From IMG/VR virus record IMGVR_UViG_3300031963_000004, positions 1 to 64,000 of that record: 64,000 nt of DNA; one strand, written 5' to 3'. How positions within the stretch are numbered: the first letter of the stretch is position 1; every line of letters starts with the position of its first letter. Shown piece by piece: positions 46,927 through 55,753 of this stretch. The position numbers were made by a program, and so were the translations under genes. The notes beneath the pieces are model-generated. The model was not told the DNA's origin. It searched no databases and worked only from the letters and a program-made list of their open reading frames with translations.

Positions 46927-46934
46927 TATTTATG
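46927..46934 (-). promoter_or_regulatory. T4-late-like promoter for tail sheath
   Basis: CATAAATA then a ~50-nt leader with AAGGA RBS. Confidence 0.6.
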
Positions 46935-46988
46935 AAAAAATCTAGAAAAAAAGGATTAGCAACTCTTTATAAAGAGTTAAATATTTTC

Positions 46989-47336
46989 ATGTCTAGACCA
47001 ATATGCGCCGTGTGTAACAAGAACCACTGTGCCCCTAACTATTATAGAAAGGGTGTAAGATATTGGCGTAAACGATGTGAGGACTGTATCCGTAAGGATA
47101 GAAAACAGTTACCCAGTGAACCAAGATGGAAGAAGCTTGGATACAAGAAAAAGATAACGTGTGATTTATGTGGATTTATGCGTCAGTACGATAGTCAATT
47201 AGTAGTATATCACATGGACGGTGATCTTAATAATAATCAACTATCGAACCTTAGAACAATTTGTCTGAATTGTGTTGAAACAGTTAAACGTAGAGAACCT
47301 ATATGGAAGCTTGGAGACTTAGAGGCTGATATTTAA
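46989..47336 (+). CDS. Zn-finger / HNH-like protein (115 aa)
   Basis: Start moved to MSRPICAVC; three CxxC pairs plus HMDGDLNNNQLSNLRTICLNC; the terminal His of typical HNH is absent. Confidence 0.65.
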   Translation: MSRPICAVCNKNHCAPNYYRKGVRYWRKRCEDCIRKDRKQLPSEPRWKKLGYKKKITCDLCGFMRQYDSQLVVYHMDGDLNNNQLSNLRTICLNCVETVKRREPIWKLGDLEADI

Positions 47337-47965
47337 AGGTGTAATATATGCTTCACACAGTCAAACAAATCGTCGATTGTACTGTCATTGTGAATTTCAT
47401 GGTCAAAATCCAAACCAACGCTACTGTATTCACTAGGATGTATCCCTAACTTATTAAGTCTGTCTTTACCTAGTGACCAACCTATATGTCTAGGTCCTTT
47501 ATTAACTGAAATAGCATCGTCATACCAGTCTGGTTTAGGACCACGATGAACTCTGATTGTTATACCACCTAGTCTTTTAATAGCTGAAAGTTCATTAGCG
47601 AAACGTGTATCCGTAATAACAATATCATCTTTGGACTGTCTTAGTTTATTTTCTAAACTAGCTATCCATATATCGTTATGAAAGCTTTGACGACCTACTT
47701 CAGTTCCCCATTGTTGTAATACCCAACGTGGGCTTAGTTTATTCATACCCAGTCGTTCACTCCACCATGGATCTATTTGTTCACGCCACTCTCTGCTGTA
47801 TTTTGTTTTACCTTCAAGTAATTCACGATCCCAACCGAACACATGTGATACAGCATCTTTTAAGCTGCCGGCCCAACTCTCTTTTTTAAATCCATGTTCA
47901 GTGATTAAGTAATCGGCAATGGTATCTTTGCCTGAACCAATAAATCCAGTGACGCTGACTAGCAT
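47333..47965 (-). CDS. Deoxynucleoside monophosphate kinase (T4 gp1-like)
   Basis: VTGFIGSGKDT P-loop, SWAGSLKD, PRWVLQQWGTEVGR, ITDTRFANE, HPSE; AAGGAG RBS before ATG 47965. Confidence 0.9.
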   Translation of the reverse strand: MLVSVTGFIGSGKDTIADYLITEHGFKKESWAGSLKDAVSHVFGWDRELLEGKTKYSREWREQIDPWWSERLGMNKLSPRWVLQQWGTEVGRQSFHNDIWIASLENKLRQSKDDIVITDTRFANELSAIKRLGGITIRVHRGPKPDWYDDAISVNKGPRHIGWSLGKDRLNKLGIHPSEYSSVGLDFDHEIHNDSTIDDLFDCVKHILHL

Positions 47966-48025
47966 TTTATCTCCTTGTAACATCTCTATTTTATTACAAA
48001 AAGATTAAAAGACATAATACTCTGG

Positions 48026-48790
48026 TTAACCTATTACCCAAGTATATGGTTGACTGTGATCCACGTAATTCTTAATGTCAAGTATTAGTTGCTGTTGCAT
48101 AGCAAGACCCTCTGCTTTAAGAGCCGTACCATTAAGTGTAGTTCCACCACCCGGGCCTGCTATACTTGCAAATTTCTCACGTGCTTCACCCAATGTGATT
48201 TTTAACGTAGCAAAAACATAGTCGTTTATCCAAATACCCGATCCTGGATCACGCAATAATGTTTCTTCTGGTTTTTGCATGTCAGCCCAAATCAGTATCT
48301 TTTCCCCTGAACCTTTAGGGTCACGAACCATACGCAATTGCTTTGTGACTGGGTTGAATGTGAAGATTATATATCCACCGAACATACGTGCAGCTAATTC
48401 AATATATCCAGCGTAGAAATCGTATGTTGCTAATCCACCTGCATAGTTATAGTTGAGTAGATATGTGTTCAAGATTGCACTACTGAACGGGTCAAAGCTA
48501 CTTGCTGCTGGACCAGTTTCTAAACCAACTGTACGTCTGAATACCTGTCTAACATTAATGAATTCTTCTGGAAGCGTATAAGTGTCCGTATGCTTTTCCA
48601 GTGTCATCAATGTATAGCTTTCCTCTGTGGAGTTCTGAGCAAGCTGCCTGTATTTCTTTATTGTATAGTTGTAGGCAGCTTCGTAATGCTCAGGGTCTAG
48701 TTCAATATCGACCATTCCGTCACCTAAACGATAACGGATACCATCAAATAATTCTTGCTTTAATTGTTCTAGATTCAGTACTGTAGGCAT
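48026..48790 (-). CDS. Neck protein (T4 gp13-like head-tail adaptor)
   Basis: RLGDGMVDIELD..., W..DYVFATLKITLGEAREKF..PGGGTTLNGTALK pattern. Confidence 0.8.
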   Translation of the reverse strand: MPTVLNLEQLKQELFDGIRYRLGDGMVDIELDPEHYEAAYNYTIKKYRQLAQNSTEESYTLMTLEKHTDTYTLPEEFINVRQVFRRTVGLETGPAASSFDPFSSAILNTYLLNYNYAGGLATYDFYAGYIELAARMFGGYIIFTFNPVTKQLRMVRDPKGSGEKILIWADMQKPEETLLRDPGSGIWINDYVFATLKITLGEAREKFASIAGPGGGTTLNGTALKAEGLAMQQQLILDIKNYVDHSQPYTWVIG

Positions 48791-48794
48791 TCTT

Positions 48795-48827
48795 TGTTCC
48801 AGTTAATATTTCTATTTATCTGGAACA
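48795..48827 (-). promoter_or_regulatory. Late promoter inside an RBS-occluding hairpin upstream of neck gene
   Basis: TGTTCCAG/CTGGAACA inverted repeat around a 17-nt loop; GATAAATA (48813-48820) begins at the last base of the upstream arm; downstream arm ends 4 nt before ATG. Confidence 0.6.
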
Positions 48828-48831
48828 GGAG

Positions 48832-49500
48832 TTAAATGTTCTGGAAAAAAAGGTCAGCTTTAGGCTTACTTGCTGCCATTCTTGCGAACATTTTCATAGA
48901 TTTTGCTTTGATTCTAAATGCGAAAGCCGTACCGGAATTAGTGTATTCAAAACGACCATGCTTTCCCTTAAAACTGTGACTAGGGTCAAATTTTAATTCA
49001 CTAGGTTGATCAGATATAAAGAAAGAATTTTTAGGTGAGTTTTGTTGGTACAGCACTTCTTGCTTTAATTGTGATCTAGCATCCTCATATGTATCTTGAA
49101 TCAATAATTGAATTTCATCGAAATCCATGTAATACAGACCCACATCACTGATAATTTGAAAATTATCATTTGTAGTTATTAATAATAATGCTTGTAATTT
49201 TTGATATATTGGACTATCTTTATAAGGTGTATCGACAATTACTTCTGCGGTCATGCTACCAATACTCCAATCTGTATTAGTATCTTCGTTTTTTGTTTTT
49301 ATTTCTATTCCATAATCCTCAATATCTACTATTGAATTTCCATTAATATTGAGATTTTGAACGATATATTCGTGAATTTTTTTACCAACCAATCCGCTAT
49401 CTTTGGAACTTTTAGCTGGTACTTCAACTCCCCTTAATACTTGGAAAGTTTTTGACGAAACTCTAGGATAATTCAATTTTTCAAATACATTGTTAGACAT
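48832..49500 (-). CDS. MutH/Sau3AI-like PD-(D/E)XK endonuclease
   Basis: SGLVGKKIHEY..VDIEDYGIEIKTK aligns with MutH KGWIG..E..DF..GVELKT; SPIYQKL..LLLI. Confidence 0.55.
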   Translation of the reverse strand: MSNNVFEKLNYPRVSSKTFQVLRGVEVPAKSSKDSGLVGKKIHEYIVQNLNINGNSIVDIEDYGIEIKTKNEDTNTDWSIGSMTAEVIVDTPYKDSPIYQKLQALLLITTNDNFQIISDVGLYYMDFDEIQLLIQDTYEDARSQLKQEVLYQQNSPKNSFFISDQPSELKFDPSHSFKGKHGRFEYTNSGTAFAFRIKAKSMKMFARMAASKPKADLFFQNI

Positions 49501-49949
49501 TATAAATCTCCTTCTTTGCGATTTTCACTGTAATATGGATCAAAGCTTCCACCTGGATATCGTGACTCAAGCTTCTTAACATTCTCTGCAATGACTTCAT
49601 TAGGATCTAGCTGAAGTGCCCTACAGGCATTTACCCAGTACCACATAATGTCCCCTAACTCACGTTTCATATGAAACACGTTTTCATCAGTCAATGCTTT
49701 ACCCTGAAAGATAATTTTCTTAGGGATTTCAATAAACTCACCTGATTCTGCTGCTAGGCCCATACATGCTGTAATAAGTAGTGGGAGATTAACGTCAGGT
49801 CCATGCTTCATTACCCCGTCGAACACTTCATAGTTTGCATCTAGTCTGTCTAGCTCAGACATAAACGTAGTCAAATCATTGCTAGGTTGACTAGTTACTT
49901 TCTCTACAAAGTGTTGGTATTTGTTTAAATCAATATTCATAGTTTCCAT
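49500..49949 (-). CDS. MazG-like nucleotide pyrophosphohydrolase
   Basis: GLAAESGEFIE..KK..KRELGDIMWY..ENVKKLESRYP. Confidence 0.88.
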   Translation of the reverse strand: METMNIDLNKYQHFVEKVTSQPSNDLTTFMSELDRLDANYEVFDGVMKHGPDVNLPLLITACMGLAAESGEFIEIPKKIIFQGKALTDENVFHMKRELGDIMWYWVNACRALQLDPNEVIAENVKKLESRYPGGSFDPYYSENRKEGDL

Positions 49950-50479
49950 TAGTTTCTATAGTATAGTTCGACTCTGCGATTCTGACTCCATGCTTCTTCA
50001 TTTGACCCTAGTGCCTTAGGCTTCTCTGACCCATAAGAATACGCTTCGATTTGACTTTCTCTAGCCCCATATTTAATGAGTTCTACTCTCACTGCATTAG
50101 CTCGTTTTTGTCCTAACGCTAGATTATATTCTCTGCCTCCGCGCTCATCAGTATGACCCTCAACAAACACAAATTCATTTTGATTCTTAGCAAGAAATTC
50201 ACCATGCTTTTTCAAAAGAGGTTGATATTGTTCTTTAACAGTGTATTCATCTAGGTCAAAATATACTGAATAACTTTTAAACAGTGTATTAGGATCCTTT
50301 CTATCTTTCGTTGGAATTTTTATAACTTCTATGTTTGCATCTTCTATTTTAGTTATTGAGGTCTTACTACTCCTGTCACTCCTATTTTCAACAACAGGGG
50401 ATTCCTTTGTGGTTTTGTCTGTAATAGTACTCGTTGAACAAGCACCAAGTAAAAGTAGTATAAAAAAGTGTTTTATCAT
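49949..50479 (-). CDS. pal: Peptidoglycan-associated lipoprotein (Pal, OmpA_C domain)
   Basis: Lipobox LLGA-C; SVYFDLD, EGHTDERGGREYNLALGQKRA, SYGSEKP, AWSQNRRVE. Confidence 0.9.
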   Translation of the reverse strand: MIKHFFILLLLGACSTSTITDKTTKESPVVENRSDRSSKTSITKIEDANIEVIKIPTKDRKDPNTLFKSYSVYFDLDEYTVKEQYQPLLKKHGEFLAKNQNEFVFVEGHTDERGGREYNLALGQKRANAVRVELIKYGARESQIEAYSYGSEKPKALGSNEEAWSQNRRVELYYRN

Positions 50480-50480
50480 A

Positions 50481-51677
50481 TTAAAATGCCTTTAGAATAA
50501 TCATGTTTTCATTAAAACGACCGTTTGGGACTGTCGCAGTTGCTTTAATACCCTCAAAGAATTTACGTGCTGCGGGCTTACTACCCATAATTTCTTTAAG
50601 TTGCTCACCAGGCTTACGCAATGTTTTAATCTCACTTTTACCTGTATCAAAGCCAATGATAGTGTTACCTTTGACAGTAAATGTTTGACTATACTGGTCA
50701 GCGATATAGTGATGTAGTTTGCGCTTTGCAGTATCGTATACCCAAGCTTCACTACTGCCATGCAATTTAGTAGGATGTACGCTGACTAAATCAAGCTTAA
50801 GTGCAGGATCCTTAAACTCTTTGAGGTACTTGAGTTTACTAACAATCTTTTCGACTGGCACTGGCTTGCGCTTGCGAGGTGTCTTGCTTGCTTTTTTGAT
50901 GCTGATATAACTATTGAGGTCACTAATAACTTGCTCAATAGCCTTAATCATGTTTTTCACTTGTACTTTGCCGAACTGACTATAGCCCTCAACAAGTTGT
51001 GGGTCCTTGCCTTCTTGCACTTCATACCATTCGTTAAGTTCTTTCTTCCAAACGTCAAGTATGATAGGGATATGTTGTGGAAGAATGTTGTGCTTTGCAA
51101 GAATATCAATGGGTTTACCTGGCAGATTACCTTTCAGCCCAGCCTGAATAAAATCATCGAACAATCCAATGATTTCACCTGTTGCCTCACGTGCTTTTTC
51201 ACGCATAATTTCTTGCACATTGGGACGATTAGTAGGTTCCTTTTCTACTACTTCTTCCTCTACTTGTGGAGTAAGATTAGATTTGAAAACTGTTTCAGGC
51301 TTATGCACACAGGTCATCAATCTAGTAATTTCATTCTGTAATGACATTTCTTCATGCTCAGTCAATTGCAGCCCACGCAATGTCATACGTGCTAGCCAAC
51401 CATACGTACTTAGTATTTCGCTTTCGGGTGCTTTTGCCATAACCTTAGCATCAGCCTTGCGGTCGTTTAATTCTAGATATTGAATCAGTAAGTCTTTAGC
51501 ATCCTTACGTGCATAAAACCTAGTATACCATGTAAATGCTCTAGCGAGTGCGCTGTTGCGACTATCTGATTCTGGTTGCAAAGCAAAAAACGGCTCGTCA
51601 CCTGCGTATTTTGTATCCCCGTCTTTAGGGTTTAGTGCTTTGATAACTGCATTTTCACTGAGTTTTTTACGGGACAT
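50481..51677 (-). CDS. Hypothetical protein (398 aa)
   Basis: Long ORF with AGGAG RBS and sigma70-like promoter; basic C-terminal domain. Confidence 0.8.
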   Translation of the reverse strand: MSRKKLSENAVIKALNPKDGDTKYAGDEPFFALQPESDSRNSALARAFTWYTRFYARKDAKDLLIQYLELNDRKADAKVMAKAPESEILSTYGWLARMTLRGLQLTEHEEMSLQNEITRLMTCVHKPETVFKSNLTPQVEEEVVEKEPTNRPNVQEIMREKAREATGEIIGLFDDFIQAGLKGNLPGKPIDILAKHNILPQHIPIILDVWKKELNEWYEVQEGKDPQLVEGYSQFGKVQVKNMIKAIEQVISDLNSYISIKKASKTPRKRKPVPVEKIVSKLKYLKEFKDPALKLDLVSVHPTKLHGSSEAWVYDTAKRKLHHYIADQYSQTFTVKGNTIIGFDTGKSEIKTLRKPGEQLKEIMGSKPAARKFFEGIKATATVPNGRFNENMIILKAF

Positions 51678-51706
51678 AACCCACTCCTATCATATTAAGA
51701 AAGATA

Positions 51707-51735
51707 ATTATAACACAACCCGTATTTAAGTGCAA
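51707..51735 (-). promoter_or_regulatory. Sigma70-like promoter for 398aa-pal-mazG-endonuclease operon
   Basis: TTGCAC-17 nt-TATAAT with TG extension. Confidence 0.8.
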
Positions 51736-51746
51736 GCCTAAATTCG

Positions 51747-51754
51747 CATAAATA
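51747..51754 (+). promoter_or_regulatory. T4-late-like promoter
   Basis: CATAAATA upstream of the gp14-like gene, divergent from the sigma70 promoter. Confidence 0.6.
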
Positions 51755-51775
51755 CTGTATTAATGGAATAACAAC

Positions 51776-53404
51776 ATGCCCAAACTGTCGCTATATCGCT
51801 CAGAAAAATCCCATGACTATAAGTTTTTTGACAAGACTATTGCAGAAATGCTAACGGTTGGGGGCACCGACTTGTACATTCACAAATATCTAGGTCCCAA
51901 GGATCAAGGTCCCTCATCCAGCTTCGCCCTACCAAGATATGATCAACTTGATCCGACAAATATTCAAGACCTGTTGTTTTTAGAAAACCGTGATAGAAAG
52001 TATGACAGTAACATTTACAGATTACGTGGGCATTACAATACACAGAACCTAGACTTTGACCTTAGTCAGTTTGGGTTGTTCTTAAACAATGATGTGATTT
52101 TTATTACTACCCATTACAATACAATGATAGAGATATTGGGTAGAAAGTTAATGGTAGGTGATGTATTAGAACTTCCTCATTTGGTTGATTATCATCCATT
52201 GAATGACAAGATACCAACAAGCTTACGTAGATATTACCAAGTAACTGACGCAAACTTTGCCAGTGAAGGTTTTAGTAGCACATGGTATTATCATCTTTGG
52301 AGAGTTAAATGTGAGCCATTGATAGATAGTCAAGAATTTGCAAATATACTTGATAAGCCACAATCTACTGACAACTATTTGGGTGATTGGGATAAACTAA
52401 AAACCTATGTTCCTGGTTATGTCGTAACGTTTGGGGACAAAAATTACACACCAAAGCAAAATGTACCAGCTGGTATTCCTTGCACAGATACAACGTATTG
52501 GCAATTAGATACTGCTGATAGTTTAAAAGATATTATTGGTCGTTACAATAAGAATCTTGAAATTAATCAAGCAATAGATCAAGAGGCATCAAGAATCGTA
52601 CCTAAGAATGGATACGATAGAAAACAACTGTATCTCGTTCCTACAAATGCAGAAGAACAACCAGCTTCACCTCGCAATGTTATTGTTCGCAGAGGAATAC
52701 CTGAAAGAACTACGTTTACTTTAAATTATGTTGATGGTAATGTTCCTATTATAAGACTATCATCAGGTGCAATCAAAGATGTTAATGGATTAGTAAATCA
52801 GGATATTATTTCTGCATTTATGAAGTTAACAATTCAAATAACAGAGATCGAACCAACAGTTGCAGAAGGTGGCTCTCGCAGTTTAGAGCCTGAATTGGCT
52901 TTATCAATTAAGGCTGTTGGTCCAATCACTGTACCATATGGTACAGTAGATAACATTGTTACTGATTCTACTATTGATATTGATAACCCAAGTTTTAATT
53001 CAGATGTATATGCAATTACAGAGGTTCAGGATTTTAGAGCAGATGCAGACCCAAGATTTAAATTTGTTGGGAAAGAATCAGCGAAAGGATTTGGTTATAC
53101 ATCAGGTTATAACTCAGGGGAAGCCGCTGCACCAAACGGTGAACCATTTGGTACTGGCATACAGTTCCCAAGTAATCCAAAAGTCGGGGAGTACTTTTTA
53201 CGTTTAGATTACTTGCCACAACAAATGTTTAGATACGATGGTAATCTATGGGTCAAGATTAGTGAGGTCACTAGAACAGAAACACTATCAAGTAGTACAC
53301 AGTTAGGTGGATTCATCAACAATAGCAATGTAACTCCTACATTAAATGGCCCTATACCAGAATCACAACCTCTATCATCAATATTAGGTATTACACCAGA
53401 TTAA
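51776..53404 (+). CDS. Neck/head-closure protein (T4 gp14-like, extended)
   Basis: LSQFGLFL..IFITTH..GDVLELP..YQVTD..WYYHLWRVKC pattern; precedes gp15-like gene. Confidence 0.65.
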   Translation: MPKLSLYRSEKSHDYKFFDKTIAEMLTVGGTDLYIHKYLGPKDQGPSSSFALPRYDQLDPTNIQDLLFLENRDRKYDSNIYRLRGHYNTQNLDFDLSQFGLFLNNDVIFITTHYNTMIEILGRKLMVGDVLELPHLVDYHPLNDKIPTSLRRYYQVTDANFASEGFSSTWYYHLWRVKCEPLIDSQEFANILDKPQSTDNYLGDWDKLKTYVPGYVVTFGDKNYTPKQNVPAGIPCTDTTYWQLDTADSLKDIIGRYNKNLEINQAIDQEASRIVPKNGYDRKQLYLVPTNAEEQPASPRNVIVRRGIPERTTFTLNYVDGNVPIIRLSSGAIKDVNGLVNQDIISAFMKLTIQITEIEPTVAEGGSRSLEPELALSIKAVGPITVPYGTVDNIVTDSTIDIDNPSFNSDVYAITEVQDFRADADPRFKFVGKESAKGFGYTSGYNSGEAAAPNGEPFGTGIQFPSNPKVGEYFLRLDYLPQQMFRYDGNLWVKISEVTRTETLSSSTQLGGFINNSNVTPTLNGPIPESQPLSSILGITPD

Positions 53405-53412
53405 GGAAATAA

Positions 53413-54783
53413 ATGGCACAATTCTTCTACGATAATCAGATCCGAAGATTTATAATTCAATTTGCAAGAATTTTTAGTAACTGGTACGTTACTAAAGGTA
53501 AAGACCCTGCAGGCAACGACATTGTTGTTCGTGTACCAATTATGTACGGAGATGCTAGCAGACAAGCAGCAACTATCATATCAAATAATAGTGCAAACAG
53601 TTTACCTAGCGCACCACTTATCACATATTATATAACTAGTTTAGAATACGATCAGAGTAGAACACAGGATCCTTACTTCATAGATAAACTTAATGTAAGG
53701 CGTAGAAATTTTAATCAAGACACAGGACAATATGAAACAACACAAGGTGATGCATTTACAATTGAAAGATTGATGCCCGTACCTTATACGCTTCGTATGC
53801 AAGTTGACTTTTGGACTACAAACTATAATCAAAAACTAGAGTTGATAGAACAGTTAGGTGTATTATTCAATCCTAGTATGGAGTTACAAAGTACAGATAA
53901 TTTCATTGATTGGACAAGTTTAAGTGTAGTATATCAAGATGGATTAACATTTAGCAGTCGTACTATACCTGTAGGACAAGGTAATCCAATTGACGTATTG
54001 ACTTGGAAGTTCTATATGCCTATATGGATAAGTAGTGCTGCTAAAGTTAAGAAGTTAGGCATTATACATAAGATTATTGCAAGTATCTTTAAAGGCAATG
54101 CAATTACTGATATGCAAGATGATGATTTATTGTTGGGCACAAGACAAAAAATTGCTCCGTATGGATATAAGTTATTATTATTAGGTAACTCATTACAAAT
54201 ACTACCTGACTATGCTGCGTTTAATCCACGTAACGATACACTAGATTCACCAGAAAATCCTAATACTACATTAGCTTGGAGTGGTTTCTTAAATGCTTAT
54301 GGTAAAGTGAAACCAGGTATCAGTCAAATTTGGTTACAAAACGAACACATGGATACTGATATAGTTGGTACGATAGCATTCAATCCAACTGACGATAGAT
54401 TATTAATTTATGATATTGATCCAGATACATTACCACAAAACACATTAGCACCTGTAGATAGTGTTATTGACCCATATGCTAAGTACCCCGGTAAAGGGTT
54501 ACCTGCTGCTATTAATGGACAACGATACTTATTAGTAAACGAATTAGGTCATGATACCGATAAGGCTGTTAATAGTCCATGGGGCAACGTTGTTGCCAAG
54601 CCAAACGATATTATAGAATACAAAAATGGTGCATGGCAAATATCCTTTGACAGTTCCGTAACGTTTAAAACAGAATATGTCACGAATCTAACTACTTCAG
54701 TGCAGTATAGATTTTCTGATAATAAATGGATGAAGTCATACGAAGGTTGGTATAAGTCAGGAGATTTCTCAATAGTAGTTTAA
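53413..54783 (+). CDS. Tail terminator / sheath stabiliser (T4 gp15-like, extended)
   Basis: FFYDNQIRRFIIQFARIFS, VPIMYG, MPVPY.L..QV..WT..Q..ELIEQL..LFNP. Confidence 0.8.
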   Translation: MAQFFYDNQIRRFIIQFARIFSNWYVTKGKDPAGNDIVVRVPIMYGDASRQAATIISNNSANSLPSAPLITYYITSLEYDQSRTQDPYFIDKLNVRRRNFNQDTGQYETTQGDAFTIERLMPVPYTLRMQVDFWTTNYNQKLELIEQLGVLFNPSMELQSTDNFIDWTSLSVVYQDGLTFSSRTIPVGQGNPIDVLTWKFYMPIWISSAAKVKKLGIIHKIIASIFKGNAITDMQDDDLLLGTRQKIAPYGYKLLLLGNSLQILPDYAAFNPRNDTLDSPENPNTTLAWSGFLNAYGKVKPGISQIWLQNEHMDTDIVGTIAFNPTDDRLLIYDIDPDTLPQNTLAPVDSVIDPYAKYPGKGLPAAINGQRYLLVNELGHDTDKAVNSPWGNVVAKPNDIIEYKNGAWQISFDSSVTFKTEYVTNLTTSVQYRFSDNKWMKSYEGWYKSGDFSIVV

Positions 54784-54800
54784 TAAAGATAAATTACTAT

Positions 54801-55223
54801 ATGAGCAAATCAAGTACAGCAGGCGGAGTTTTCTTCTACGCTGATTCCACAGATCGTTTTTTATTTTTATTACGCAGTGACGATAAAGATGCCACTGTGT
54901 GGGGTATACCTGGTGGTAAGATCGAAAAGAATGAATCATTATTTGAGGGTATTCACAGAGAGTGTATTGAAGAAATAAACTTTTTTCCCACAGAAGCTAA
55001 ATTAATACCTATACAAAAATTTGTCAATAACAACTTTACATATCATACATTTTTTTGTAGAATAAATGAAGAATTCATACCCATACTAAATGAAGAACAT
55101 ATTGGGTATTGTTGGGTAGATGTACATCATTATCCTAAACCATTACATGCTGGTTTATTCAATACAGTAAGTTTTGACATAGTACAAGAAAAGCTAAAAG
55201 AACTTACAAAAAAAGCGACCTAG
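54801..55223 (+). CDS. Nudix hydrolase
   Basis: Nudix box GGKIEKNESLFEGIHRECIEE; LNEEH..Y.W..PKPLH. Confidence 0.85.
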   Translation: MSKSSTAGGVFFYADSTDRFLFLLRSDDKDATVWGIPGGKIEKNESLFEGIHRECIEEINFFPTEAKLIPIQKFVNNNFTYHTFFCRINEEFIPILNEEHIGYCWVDVHHYPKPLHAGLFNTVSFDIVQEKLKELTKKAT

Positions 55224-55234
55224 GTCGCTTTTTT
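55208..55234. terminator. Bidirectional rho-independent terminator
   Basis: Palindrome AAAAAAGCGACCTAGGTCGCTTTTTT between convergent genes. Confidence 0.9.
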
Positions 55235-55253
55235 GTTTAATAATAATTGAATA

Positions 55254-55664
55254 TTATTCGGGCTCAGTTTCATCACCTTCTAAATCAGTATTACCTGTTA
55301 GATCAGTATCAGTACCTGCTTCTTCAACTTGAACAGCATTATCACTTGTGCTTGTGCTGAAGTTCCATGGATAGCTATCGCCACTTACTGTAATCTTTCT
55401 TCCTGCAATTTTAGTGATTTGACCTACTGTACCGTTATCTAACTTTACAGTGATACTCATTTCGCCTGCTGCTAAATCACCAGCTGCTTTAGCAACTAAA
55501 CGACATACTGCTGTGTTGTCACTTGCATCACTGCATAAAAATCTAGCAGCACCCTTTTGTTTTACGATGTAACCAGGTGTGCTTGCTGTACCATTATGAA
55601 ATTGTACTTTCAAATTATCGTCTGCGTTTGCACCGAAAAATCTTTTATTAATTGGGCGTCCCAT
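55254..55664 (-). CDS. Hypothetical protein, probably abundant virion protein (136 aa)
   Basis: Own late motif, strong AAGGAG RBS, structured leader and terminator. Confidence 0.75.
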   Translation of the reverse strand: MGRPINKRFFGANADDNLKVQFHNGTASTPGYIVKQKGAARFLCSDASDNTAVCRLVAKAAGDLAAGEMSITVKLDNGTVGQITKIAGRKITVSGDSYPWNFSTSTSDNAVQVEEAGTDTDLTGNTDLEGDETEPE

Positions 55665-55695
55665 TTGTTTTCTCCTTTATTAAATGGCGTTCTAG

Positions 55696-55753
55696 GCCTA
55701 CGCAGTGGGTAACTGCATAAACTCTCAATTAAGAGTGAACATAACTATTTATC
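55696..55753 (-). promoter_or_regulatory. Late promoter plus two-hairpin 5' leader
   Basis: GATAAATA 55746-55753; hairpins ACUCUU/GAGAGU and an 11-bp GUUUAUGCAGU/ACUGCGUAGGC. Confidence 0.55.

Noticed and set aside
46893-46988. Track N-terminal extension of the HNH-like ORF; similar extensions at 1970, 8077, 24004, 27444, 47983
   Set aside because: They overlap promoters or neighbouring genes; downstream starts fit RBS, promoter spacing or stop-start coupling better.
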